Part shown: piece after piece, positions 1-8,993 of the stretch
How the letters are laid out: each line of letters starts with the position of its first letter
Numbering within the stretch: the stretch's first letter is position 1
Assembly (NCBI GenBank): GCA_017515595.1
Contig: JAFWFL010000126.1
Location: 1,121-65,120 of the forward strand
DNA length: 64,000 bases
From: Coriobacteriales bacterium
GTDB lineage: Bacteria > Actinomycetota > Coriobacteriia > Coriobacteriales > UMGS124
Direction of reading: 5' to 3'
Translations under genes and position numbers: made by a program
The notes under the pieces: generated by a model
The model's input: the letters and a program-made list of their open reading frames with translations, nothing else
The model's database searches: none
What the model was told of the DNA's origin: nothing

Positions 1-24
1 TGAACTCAATAAATCGACCTGGCC

Positions 25-726
25 TTAGTCAAGATCTTCGATGGTGGTTGCCTGAATTTGGGCACCAAAGGGGTTCACAGCATTATTGAGTGCTGCTACC
101 TGCTGCTGAGCGGCAAATACGGGAGCCGCATGCGAACCTGACGGGGTGCTTGAAGAAACCATGGGTGAGAAGTTGGTAGAAGCAGCATCTGCAAACTTCT
201 GGATAAGAGCCATGTACTCGGCACGGAATTGCTCGCGGGATTTCTTAAGACGCTCGATCTCATCGAGTTCGCTCTGCTTCTCATCAAGAGCCTGACGAAT
301 GGTCTTGCGGGCCTGAGTCTCGGCATCCTGGCGAATGCGCTCTGCGTTGGTCTTGGCCTCATTAACAATGCGGTCAGCAGATTGCTGTGCAACAATAAGG
401 GCAGCGGAGAGCTGTTCCTCGGTTGCGGAGTAAATGGTGGGCTTTGCGGGCTCGGCGGTAATAACGGTTGGCCTCGATGCACGGGCAGCCTCGGCCTCGG
501 CGTTTGCCTTCTCGGCTTCTGCCTGGGCACGCTCAACTTCGCTCATAAGCTCAGCGTTTTTGCTCTCAGCAGCGGTAAGACGAGTCTTGAGGTCGGCAAT
601 TTTGCGGAGCATAGCTTCGACATCTTTGCCCATTTCCTCCAGGAATGCGTCAACCTCATTAGGATTGTAACCGCGCTTTGCCTCAGAGAATACTTTCTTC
701 TGAATGTCTGCAGGGGTAATTGGCAT
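25..726 (-). CDS. divIVA: DivIVA-domain cell division / polar growth protein
   Basis: MPITPADIQKKVFSEAKRGYNPNEVDAFLEEM is the canonical DivIVA N-terminus, followed by an A/E/K-rich coiled coil. The track ORF starts at GTG 735. ATG 726 lies 8 nt after AAGGAAGG and is preferred. It sits in the conserved position after yggT. Confidence 0.9.
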   Translation of the reverse strand: MPITPADIQKKVFSEAKRGYNPNEVDAFLEEMGKDVEAMLRKIADLKTRLTAAESKNAELMSEVERAQAEAEKANAEAEAARASRPTVITAEPAKPTIYSATEEQLSAALIVAQQSADRIVNEAKTNAERIRQDAETQARKTIRQALDEKQSELDEIERLKKSREQFRAEYMALIQKFADAASTNFSPMVSSSTPSGSHAAPVFAAQQQVAALNNAVNPFGAQIQATTIEDLD

Positions 727-801
727 AGTCTGCACCTTCCTTTTTTCTTACGTAAACCCTAGAGGGTGCTACCCCCCACAGGCTCCACCTTTGGAACAAC
801 A

Positions 802-1062
802 TTATAGTATAGCAATTATTACATATCTTAGCACCTGTAAAACAATAATTGCCACGATTGGCGAAAAGTCTATCATTCCAAAGGGTGGAATTATCCTGCG
901 GAAAAGCCCCAAGTACGGCTCACATATACTTGCCAATACCGTGCGGACATCCTCAATAAATCCACTTCCACCTCGTGGAATCCAACTCATCAAACAGTAT
1001 ACAACAATTATCATGCTGTATATATCTATAAGTGTCAACAAAAGCCTTACAATAACACCCAT
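802..1062 (-). CDS. yggT: YggT family membrane protein
   Basis: 86-aa two-TM protein (LLLTLIDIYSMIIVVYCLMSWIP ... IDFSPIVAIIVLQVL) typical of the YggT/Ycf19 family. ATG start. Conserved sepF-yggT-divIVA order. Confidence 0.85.
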   Translation of the reverse strand: MGVIVRLLLTLIDIYSMIIVVYCLMSWIPRGGSGFIEDVRTVLASICEPYLGLFRRIIPPFGMIDFSPIVAIIVLQVLRYVIIAIL

Positions 1063-1066
1063 ATGG

Positions 1067-2236
1067 CTAACCCTTCACAATTGCTTTACGTTTTAGTTGC
1101 AACATATCTGCTTCAGAAAGAGCTGTGTTTGTGGGCAACAATACAAACACGCGGCTGTTCAACTCATGCAGACTGGCGCCGGTTCCACAGCATATACCAA
1201 ATGAGAAGTCTATCATACGCCGCGCAAGATCTGAAGGTGAACCTGTTAATACCATAACAACAGGTCTGTGCTGTCCTACGGCTATTTGTGCAACTACCGC
1301 TACATCATCATATTTGCGCGGATACACAACTTCACATGGAGTCGGAATACCCATGCCATAAGCTGCCACACCGGTAGACCCACTCGTGCGAGACGACGTC
1401 TGTGGCTGCACAAACGCCGGACTCTTGTGCTGTCGGGCAGAATATGGGTTCCGTGGCTGCTCCGGTGTTTGCTGTTTTACAGCGCCCGCCTTGTTTATAT
1501 CCTGTGCTTTTGCATTGATATAAGTATCCTCGTTATATGAGGCACGGTCATTATTTTGCCGACGGTTACTCTTGCGTTCTTCGCGCCTTGATTCCCTGCG
1601 GTCATAGCGCTGCTCTTCTCGTTCATAGTCCGCTTCAGACCGCTGACGTTCACGGCTCCTCGCAGGCGCCTCAACCCTGCGTGTCTCCCAGATGTCGCGC
1701 TCGTCTTCATAGTATTCCTGTTGCCGAGAAGAACGACGCTGCTGGCCGCGGCGGTTATCCTCTTCATAGTAGGCTTGCTGTTGAACTTCGCTCTCCATGC
1801 GTTCCTGCGCTTGGGCTGCTTCTACACGCTCTCTAAAACGCTCGGCAAAAGACTTGGTTTGCTGCTGTTTGCCGCGCGGTCTGACGTTGCCGGTTCTCTC
1901 GACAACGCGCACATCTTCTTCTAACTCTTCACGCGGATCCCGCTCAACCTGAGCTTCCTCAAAACGGGTGGTCTGCATGCGGTCATCCTCATAGTCATCC
2001 TGGACATAAGTACGCTGTTCCGCACGCTGTGCCCTATACCTGTTTCCGGGCAGACTCTCGTCTGCAAGCGGGTCAATATCAGGCTTACTGGGCAACAGCG
2101 CACCCGTATTCTGGAGAGGCTCAAAATCATCTACGCCCTCCGGCCAGCTGCCCTCTCTGAAGGCACGCTCTATTTCCTGTTCAAACTCAGGGTCCTCGCC
2201 TTTTAGGCGTGACTTAACGGTACTCAATAAACCCAA
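1067..2236 (-). CDS. sepF: Cell division protein SepF with a long disordered insertion
   Basis: The C-terminal ~90 aa (VVYPRKYDDVAVVAQIAVGQHRPVVMVLTG...MIDFSFGICCGTGASLHELNSRVFVLLP) match the SepF/DUF552 core. The N-terminal MGLLSTVKSRL looks like the amphipathic membrane helix. TTG start, with GGGAG 10 nt upstream. Confidence 0.85.
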   Translation of the reverse strand: MGLLSTVKSRLKGEDPEFEQEIERAFREGSWPEGVDDFEPLQNTGALLPSKPDIDPLADESLPGNRYRAQRAEQRTYVQDDYEDDRMQTTRFEEAQVERDPREELEEDVRVVERTGNVRPRGKQQQTKSFAERFRERVEAAQAQERMESEVQQQAYYEEDNRRGQQRRSSRQQEYYEDERDIWETRRVEAPARSRERQRSEADYEREEQRYDRRESRREERKSNRRQNNDRASYNEDTYINAKAQDINKAGAVKQQTPEQPRNPYSARQHKSPAFVQPQTSSRTSGSTGVAAYGMGIPTPCEVVYPRKYDDVAVVAQIAVGQHRPVVMVLTGSPSDLARRMIDFSFGICCGTGASLHELNSRVFVLLPTNTALSEADMLQLKRKAIVKG

Positions 2237-2260
2237 TTCGCCACGGCTCCCATCACATAG

Positions 2261-3052
2261 CTACCGTATAAACTCAAAACAATCGTCAAAAACAATCCTG
2301 CCAAGGCGGATTATGGTCGCACCCTCAGCTATGGCTTCTCTGTAGTCTTCGCTCATTCCCATAGACAAATGAACAAGCTCGTTTGTATGGTACTCCTGAG
2401 CAAGCTTATCTCTCAAAATACGAAGACCCTCAAAAGTCTTTTGAGCAAGCAAGGCATCCCCCGCCGGAGCCATTGTCATAAGCCCGCAAACCTTGAGAGA
2501 ACTTCCAAGCTCCAAAAACGCATCAAACAACTCATTGATTTCCCGGGGAGTCATACCGCTCTTAGAGACTTCTCCCGAGACATTAACCTCAAGCAGCACG
2601 TTCTGCACTATTCCCTGCACAGATGCTCGCTGCGCAACTGCACGGGCCAATTCAAAAGAAGCAATCGAATGAATAAGATGCGGGCGGCAGGCAAGCACAT
2701 GATTGATTTTATTGGTCTGAAGATTGCCAATCATATGCCAAATATGCCGCGGTGCATCCTCATATTCCTGATACCCGGCCAAAAGGCCAAGTTTACGTTC
2801 GAGTTCCTGCGGACGGTTTTCTCCAAAATCAGTATAACCAACCCTAAGCGCCGCAATCACCGCATCAACATCCACCGTTTTACTCACGGCACAGAGCGTA
2901 ATTTCCTGCGGATCACGCCCGCTTTGTTGAGCCGCCTCTTTCACAGAAGCAAAAATCTTCTCGCTTCGTTCTTGCATAAAACTCAGGTATGCCTCAGAAG
3001 GCATACAGAACTCAGTGCTTGTTTGCTGGCTCTTATCATTTAAGACAACCAT
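2261..3052 (-). CDS. yggS: YggS/PLPBP family pyridoxal-phosphate homeostasis protein
   Basis: Family motifs AVSKTVDV, GYTDFGENRPQEL, HMIGNLQTNK and LSMGMSEDY are present. The ATG overlaps the upstream stop (TAATG). Confidence 0.9.
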   Translation of the reverse strand: MVVLNDKSQQTSTEFCMPSEAYLSFMQERSEKIFASVKEAAQQSGRDPQEITLCAVSKTVDVDAVIAALRVGYTDFGENRPQELERKLGLLAGYQEYEDAPRHIWHMIGNLQTNKINHVLACRPHLIHSIASFELARAVAQRASVQGIVQNVLLEVNVSGEVSKSGMTPREINELFDAFLELGSSLKVCGLMTMAPAGDALLAQKTFEGLRILRDKLAQEYHTNELVHLSMGMSEDYREAIAEGATIIRLGRIVFDDCFEFIR

Positions 3053-3819
3053 TATCTGTATACCTCCTTATCCATAAAAGCGAGCGCGGCTTGACGTCCG
3101 GTATGCTGCTGCTCGGCGCGATACGAGAAAAAACGGTCAACATTCTTAACCGTACAATACGGGCTTGTATACACATGCCCTTTTTGGATACCTGCCTGCG
3201 CAAGCGACGTATGAATGCAGGCCGCCATGCTCAGATGTCTCGGCGTCTCAAAAACCCCCGCTCCAAACACCTCGGTAAACATTTCTGTCATATCCTGCGA
3301 TACTTCATAAGCTTCCGCATGGATATGCGGACCAATATAAGCGAGAATATCCTGAGTATTGCAGCCCGTCACTTGCGACAACACACCGGCTGCTTTTGCC
3401 GAGATACCCGCAAGGGTCCCCCGCCATCCTGAGTGAATAACGGCAAATCCTCTGTCACATACCAAAACTATCGGTACACAATCAGCAAATAAAAGCATTA
3501 CTGCTTGGTTTGGAACCGTGCACACAATTGCATCGCACTCAAGCTCTCTGTCAAACAAACTTGCCCGCGATTGCTTGTCTGCTACAACAACCGTATCACC
3601 ATGTACCTGCTTGGGCACAAGCACATTGGGTGCCAATTCAGGCCGGTCAAGCGCTTCAAACACACGTTTGCGGTTCTCGGCCACGTTTGCCGGTGAGTCG
3701 CCCTGGCGCAAACCAAGATTAAGACTTTGATATGGTCTTGGCGAAATACCGCCCAAACGTTCAGTAAAACAAAGCGTGACTCCAGACTCGCCAACACTTT
3801 GGACAAGATCTAAAGCCAC
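3052..3819 (-). CDS. pgeF: Peptidoglycan editing factor PgeF / YfiH (DUF152 laccase-domain) protein
   Basis: Family motifs FTERLGGIS, QVHGDTVV, DAIVC...LLFADCVPIVL and IHSGWRGT are present. The longest ORF begins at TTG 3918, inside ftsZ. GTG 3819 follows AAGGTGG by 8 nt and is preferred. The start remains uncertain (3819, 3831 or 3918). Confidence 0.8.
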   Translation of the reverse strand: MALDLVQSVGESGVTLCFTERLGGISPRPYQSLNLGLRQGDSPANVAENRKRVFEALDRPELAPNVLVPKQVHGDTVVVADKQSRASLFDRELECDAIVCTVPNQAVMLLFADCVPIVLVCDRGFAVIHSGWRGTLAGISAKAAGVLSQVTGCNTQDILAYIGPHIHAEAYEVSQDMTEMFTEVFGAGVFETPRHLSMAACIHTSLAQAGIQKGHVYTSPYCTVKNVDRFFSYRAEQQHTGRQAALAFMDKEVYR

Positions 3820-3880
3820 GCCATTGACCACCTTACGCCCGGGCTCCCTTATGTTCAGGCAGCTCACAGGCAAGCTCCTT

Positions 3881-5002
3881 TTAGAAGCGGGAACGCTTGA
3901 GGAAGTCAGGGATTTCAAACTGTGAATTCGGAGGCATTGGCGGCTGGGGCATTGGACGTGTTGACGCAGTCTGTGCGGGACGTGTGTTCATTGAACCAAA
4001 TTGCTGAACCGTGGTATTCCCAAGATCAAGCTTTGACTGGCCGCCGTCACCAAAACCGGTCGCGATAACCGTAATGCGAACCGTATCACCCAGGTTCTCG
4101 TCAATAACCGTACCAAAAATAAGGTTAACATCAGGACTTACCGCAGCGGCAACAATGCTTGCGGCGTCATTAACCTCGTGAAGACCGAGCTCAGGACCGC
4201 CGGCAATAGACAAAAGCACGCGGTCTGCGCCTTCGATTGTGCTCTCAAGCAGCGGGCTTGAAATTGCGGCGTTTGCAGCATCAACAGCACGGTTGTCACC
4301 GGAACCAATGCCAATACCCATCATTGCCGTGCCTGCGTCATTCATAATAGTGCGGACATCAGCAAAGTCGAGGTTAATGAGACCCGGGACCGTAATAAGA
4401 TCTGTAATACCCTGGATACCTTGACGGAGGACTTCGTCGGCCATCTTAAATGCCTCGGTGAACGAAATCTTTTTGTCTGCGACATCCAAAAGACGGTCAT
4501 TGGGGATTGTAATCAAGGTATCAACGCTCTGCGAAAGAATCTCGGTACCGGCTACTGCGTTACGACGGCGTACGGCGCCTTCAAAAATGAACGGCTTTGT
4601 TACAACGCCAACCGTAAGAGCACCTACATCATTCTTTGCAATGTCGGCTACAACAGGTGCCGCACCGGTACCGGTGCCGCCGCCTTCGCCGGCAGTAATA
4701 AAGACCATGTCTGCCCCGTCAAGCGCAGCTTTAATCTGATCACGAGACTCCTCGGCAGCACTGCGGCCAACCTCAGGGTTGGCGCCGGCACCAAGACCCT
4801 TGGTAAGGTCTGTGCCAATATGTACCTTGGCGTCTGCATCAGAAACAGCCAGAGCCTGTGCGTCGGTGTTTACAACCACAAATTCGACTCCTTGGACACC
4901 GGCCTCAATCATGCGGTTAACCGCATTTGAGCCACCGCCGCCCACGCCAACGACCTTGATAACGGCCATATAGTTTGACCCGGCGTCACCAGTTCCGTAC
5001 AT
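3881..5002 (-). CDS. ftsZ: Cell division GTPase FtsZ
   Basis: [17 protein letters not shown] and the tubulin signature [13 protein letters not shown] are present. The track start is TTG 5032. ATG 5002 (MYGTGD...) lies 5 nt after GGAGG. Confidence 0.97.
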   Translation of the reverse strand: MYGTGDAGSNYMAVIKVVGVGGGGSNAVNRMIEAGVQGVEFVVVNTDAQALAVSDADAKVHIGTDLTKGLGAGANPEVGRSAAEESRDQIKAALDGADMVFITAGEGGGTGTGAAPVVADIAKNDVGALTVGVVTKPFIFEGAVRRRNAVAGTEILSQSVDTLITIPNDRLLDVADKKISFTEAFKMADEVLRQGIQGITDLITVPGLINLDFADVRTIMNDAGTAMMGIGIGSGDNRAVDAANAAISSPLLESTIEGADRVLLSIAGGPELGLHEVNDAASIVAAAVSPDVNLIFGTVIDENLGDTVRITVIATGFGDGGQSKLDLGNTTVQQFGSMNTRPAQTASTRPMPQPPMPPNSQFEIPDFLKRSRF

Positions 5003-5145
5003 CGCTACCTCCAAGTTTGTGAGTCGCCTCAACTGCCAATAAATATAAACTAGGACACAACTGCTAAACCGCTACTTTAGGGTTTTGAAGCTCTCTTTGA
5101 ACCCTAACGGTCCAGTTGAGCGTTACACCACAATCGCATCGGTTA

Positions 5146-5174
5146 ATAGTTACACATGAGCATCTAGCTGTCAA
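5146..5174 (-). promoter_or_regulatory. Candidate ftsZ promoter in the 263-nt ftsQ-ftsZ spacer
   Basis: The minus strand reads TTGACA (5174-5169), a 17-nt spacer, then AACTAT (5151-5146). The -35 is perfect and the -10 is weak. Confidence 0.3.
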
Positions 5175-5295
5175 TGAATGTTTAGGAATCTCATAAGAAA
5201 TAAAACGGATTCTGCACGTGTTCACAACAATACAACCCTCATCCAATCCTTCAGAGAATTGTTCGGGGGTCTTTTATGAAACTGAGGTCTATTAA

Positions 5296-6615
5296 TTACC
5301 CAAGCGGAATCCAATTTCCGTTTGCATCGTTGTAACCGTAAATATAGTTGCCGAATTCGTCAAAATATGACCAGATCCAGGTACCATATTCACTGTAATA
5401 TCCATAGTTTGTATCGCCCTCCTGCGGCTCAAATGCAGGAGTGGTATCTTGAGGTTGGACTGCCTGAGGTTCTTCGACTGATGCCTCGGTTACTTGCACC
5501 AGTGCATTTGCCGGATCTGCTGCCGCAGCGGCTGCAGCAGCCTCGGCCGCTGCACGCTGTTCCTGCTCAGCCTGAGCGGCCAGAGCGGCAGCGGCAAGCG
5601 CATCATCTTCTGAGGTCCTTCCACGCCATGTGGGAGCAGAAGCTACCCGTACGTTAATATAGGTAATTTCTCCCTCATGCGCTGCAAGCAAACCAATAAT
5701 CACGCGCTCTTTTACAATGATGTCATTTGGCGCACCCAAAAGCACCTCAATGCCGTTTGTCAAAACAATACTGAGAGCTTCACGGCTTTTTGCCTTTGCC
5801 GAGACAATCTGCGAACGCAGTTCGGGCGAGAACTCGGCCAAGTACGTTATAAGCGCTCCAATGCCGTCATCCGTACAGAGCGCACCGGCTGTAGGTTTTA
5901 TGGAACCGTCAACCTCTGTTACAAAGATGTCATTGCTTGACTTGGCAATGGCACGAGCCTGTTCAATGGGAGTTGCCACCACAGTGTCTGAACTTCCCGG
6001 TTCCTGCAGGGCAACGGGTTCGAGCCAGTGGGCATCGCTTGCAATACGCCACGCCTCGGTTCCGTTACTCAGCATAACCAATGCAAGCTCCTGGCGCTCT
6101 ACTATCTCGATATTAATTTGATCAGGGAATGTCGTGGTAATGGTTGCCCGGGCAATCCAGGGGTTAACCGAGAGTTTCTCGACAACCTTAGACTCGTCAA
6201 GATTAAACAGTGTCGCACCGTCAGGAATAACCGCAAGCGAGCTGATGGTTGTGCTCGAAACATGCTCCGTTTGGTTCGCGGCAATCTTGCGAATCTCAAA
6301 AAGCGGAGAATAACGCAGAACGAGAACCACAACAATGATGGCAGCAATCAATACAACCGCTGTTACCAAGATGCGGCGCCGCTTCACAAAAGACCTGTTA
6401 CGGGCGGTGATTATGGTTGTACTCCTGCCACGGGAACCACGACGCGACTGCATGCGCATGGCATCGGATCCGTATCCTACGCCTCCGATATCAAAACTAT
6501 ACGGTGTTTTATCTTGCGTTTCTAATATGTCTGATGTCCATGTACTATGAACGTGCGGAGCGTCATGAGGAAGCGAACCCGAGGAATTTGACTTCTGGTC
6601 TGAGTTCTGTGCCAT
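5296..6615 (-). CDS. ftsQ: Cell division protein FtsQ/DivIB (POTRA) with C-terminal extension
   Basis: Single TM (ILVTAVVLIAAIIVVVLVL), then a POTRA/FtsQ region (FEIRKIAANQTEHVS...VNPWIARATITTTFPDQINIEIVERQ). ATG 6615 follows AAGGAGG by 5 nt. Confidence 0.85.
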   Translation of the reverse strand: MAQNSDQKSNSSGSLPHDAPHVHSTWTSDILETQDKTPYSFDIGGVGYGSDAMRMQSRRGSRGRSTTIITARNRSFVKRRRILVTAVVLIAAIIVVVLVLRYSPLFEIRKIAANQTEHVSSTTISSLAVIPDGATLFNLDESKVVEKLSVNPWIARATITTTFPDQINIEIVERQELALVMLSNGTEAWRIASDAHWLEPVALQEPGSSDTVVATPIEQARAIAKSSNDIFVTEVDGSIKPTAGALCTDDGIGALITYLAEFSPELRSQIVSAKAKSREALSIVLTNGIEVLLGAPNDIIVKERVIIGLLAAHEGEITYINVRVASAPTWRGRTSEDDALAAAALAAQAEQEQRAAAEAAAAAAAADPANALVQVTEASVEEPQAVQPQDTTPAFEPQEGDTNYGYYSEYGTWIWSYFDEFGNYIYGYNDANGNWIPLG

Positions 6616-7480
6616 AACGCCTCCTTACTTCATCCATAACATGTACAATAACATTTGCAACATCATTCGCGGTTGCATCCCCCAAGTTTACAATAAAATT
6701 CGCGTGCTTGGGCGAAACTTGAGCCTGTCCACAAGTATACCCCTTTAAGCCGCAAGATTCTATAAGTTCTGCAGCTTTACAATTTTCCGGATTTCTGAAT
6801 ACACTTCCGCAGGAAAGAGCCTCTAAAGGTTGCTTTGACTTGCGGTATGCGAGAGCGCTTTCCATGGCATCTTTTACCCGGGCTTCATTGGCAACGCCGA
6901 GTTTGAGACTTGTTTCGAGAATAATCTCGCTCATGGGAATATCGCAGCATCGGTAATACCAGCAAATATCTTCGCCGGCATAGCGCTTAATACCCTCGCC
7001 CGGTCTATAGGTAATCACTTCATCAACAATAGAGCCAATCCAATGGGTGGCGGTTCCCGCGTTCATAGAAATCGCACCGCCTACCGTACCCGGTATGCCT
7101 ACCGCAAACTCCAGGCCTGAGAGCCCGCGGTTAAACGCTTCAGATATGGCTCTCTGCAAGAGCAAAGCAGCGCCAACATGAAGATTGGCGTTTTCGTCAA
7201 CAGCAAAACGTTTGAACTCGTTACCTAAGGTAAGTACCGCGCCGCCATAGCCTTCGTCCGAGACAAGCACGTTGGTTCCGCGTCCCATAATAACCCAGGG
7301 AACTCCTTCGCATGCAAGAACCTCGGTAGCCACACGTATATCTGCAAGTGTATCGCAGGTAATATAGAGGGCGGCAGGACCGCCTATGCGGTAGCTTGTA
7401 TGGCGCTGCATGCGCTCGTTTGCCAACACCGTACCTTTTAGTACGGATACCAGTTGTGCATATGCCTCTGCAACTGCCAT
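6563..7480 (-). CDS. murB: UDP-N-acetylenolpyruvoylglucosamine reductase
   Basis: MurB family motifs YRIGGPAALY, GRGTNVLVSDEGYGG and SCGSVFRNP are present. ATG follows AAGGGAG. Confidence 0.92.
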   Translation of the reverse strand: MAVAEAYAQLVSVLKGTVLANERMQRHTSYRIGGPAALYITCDTLADIRVATEVLACEGVPWVIMGRGTNVLVSDEGYGGAVLTLGNEFKRFAVDENANLHVGAALLLQRAISEAFNRGLSGLEFAVGIPGTVGGAISMNAGTATHWIGSIVDEVITYRPGEGIKRYAGEDICWYYRCCDIPMSEIILETSLKLGVANEARVKDAMESALAYRKSKQPLEALSCGSVFRNPENCKAAELIESCGLKGYTCGQAQVSPKHANFIVNLGDATANDVANVIVHVMDEVRRRYGTELRPEVKFLGFASS

Positions 7481-7503
7481 AGCTTCTCCCTTACTATATG
7501 CGC

Positions 7504-8895
7504 CTAGCGGGCGTCATATGCTTCTATAAACGCCGGACCAATGAGAGTGACGTCTCCCGCACCCATGGTTAATAACAGCTCGCCCGGCTGCACATGTTCC
7601 AACAAATATGCAATAAGCTCATGCCTGTTGGGAATATACGTGATGTCCGCTTCTTTATTGTGCTGTTTGACAGCTTTGACCACGGTCTTGCCCGAAACTC
7701 CGGGGATAGGAGTCTCGCCGGCTCCAAAGACATCCATGACCACAACGCTCGTTGCGTCATCAAAAGCATCGCTAAACTCTGCAGCCAGGCTCTGTGTACG
7801 AGAATAGCGGTGGGGTTGGAACACCACGCGGATGTTCTCATAGCCCATACGACGGGCAGCCGCAAGGGTCGCAGCAATCTCGGTGGGATGGTGTCCGTAG
7901 TCGTCAATAATCCGCACGCCTCCACGCTCACCCACAAACTCAAAACGTCTGTGTACGCCTTTGAATGTACTCATGGCCTGAGCGGCGCGTTCAATATCGA
8001 GTCCGAGTACATAGGCAAGCGCTAAAACAGCCGTACCGTTAAGGCAGTTGTGCAAACCGGGGTTATGATCAAGATTTGCCTGCACTACTTTACCTGTGGG
8101 GAACGTCACATTAAATGCATTTGTGCCCTCAACCTCAAGCGGCGTGCATACAATATCATTCTCTTTGCCAAAACCGTAGGTTACGGTTCGCTTGCCGCAT
8201 GAACGGGCAAGCTCGGGCACGTGCGGGTTTTCTCCGCAGACAATGAGGCAACCGTCTTGCGGGATTGATGCCATAAGCTTGCAGAATGTTTCTTCAATCT
8301 CTTCGAGCGAGCTGTAATGATCAAGATGGTCAGCTTCAATATTGGTAACAATCACAAAATTGGGATCAAGAAATAAGAATGATTTGTCGCTCTCGTCTGC
8401 CTCGGCAACAAAGTACTGTCCGCTGCCGTTGGAACCGTTTGTCTCGTAACCGTCAATAACTCCGCCAATGAGGAACGTAGGATCAAGTCCCAAAACCTTG
8501 AGCATTGTTGCCGCTAAAGAGGATGTTGTGGTTTTACCATGAGTACCGGCACATGCGATGGTTATGGCGCCCTGCGAAAGGTATGAGAGCATTTTGGCAC
8601 GGTGCCAGACTTCAATACCCTTTTTGCGCGCATCAACGAGCTCGGGGTTTGTCTCGGGTATGGCGGTTGAAATGACAACAATATCCGGCTCGGTTTCGTC
8701 TATTGTCTGAGCCTGATGACCAATGTACACACGAATTCCGGCACGCTCAAGAGCTCTTGTATACCGTGACGCTTTAAGATCCGAGCCGGTTACCATACAA
8801 CCGCGTTCATGAAGAACAAGCGCGATTCCGCTCATGCCGGCTCCGCCAATGCCAATAAAATGGACGCGCTTGAACGCAGTAGTTGTATTAACCAT
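7504..8895 (-). CDS. murC: UDP-N-acetylmuramate--L-alanine ligase
   Basis: HFIGIGGAGMSGIA N-terminus and Mur ligase P-loop GTHGKTTTSS. Confidence 0.95.
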   Translation of the reverse strand: MVNTTTAFKRVHFIGIGGAGMSGIALVLHERGCMVTGSDLKASRYTRALERAGIRVYIGHQAQTIDETEPDIVVISTAIPETNPELVDARKKGIEVWHRAKMLSYLSQGAITIACAGTHGKTTTSSLAATMLKVLGLDPTFLIGGVIDGYETNGSNGSGQYFVAEADESDKSFLFLDPNFVIVTNIEADHLDHYSSLEEIEETFCKLMASIPQDGCLIVCGENPHVPELARSCGKRTVTYGFGKENDIVCTPLEVEGTNAFNVTFPTGKVVQANLDHNPGLHNCLNGTAVLALAYVLGLDIERAAQAMSTFKGVHRRFEFVGERGGVRIIDDYGHHPTEIAATLAAARRMGYENIRVVFQPHRYSRTQSLAAEFSDAFDDATSVVVMDVFGAGETPIPGVSGKTVVKAVKQHNKEADITYIPNRHELIAYLLEHVQPGELLLTMGAGDVTLIGPAFIEAYDAR

Positions 8896-8993
8896 CTATA
8901 GTGCCTCCTCAGTTTGCATTTGGGTTTTAACTACCCCTCTTGCTGAATAGTTCTTATAGTTTACCAAAAGTGCATGCAGGTTCACAGACGTGC

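Noticed and set aside
5064-5246. 60-aa ORF in the ftsQ-ftsZ spacer
   Set aside because: It has no SD and a Cys/Arg-rich nonsense-like translation. The region is better explained as the ftsZ promoter and 5' UTR (TTGACA box, and an 8-bp hairpin TTAGGGTT/AACCCTAA at 5077-5107).
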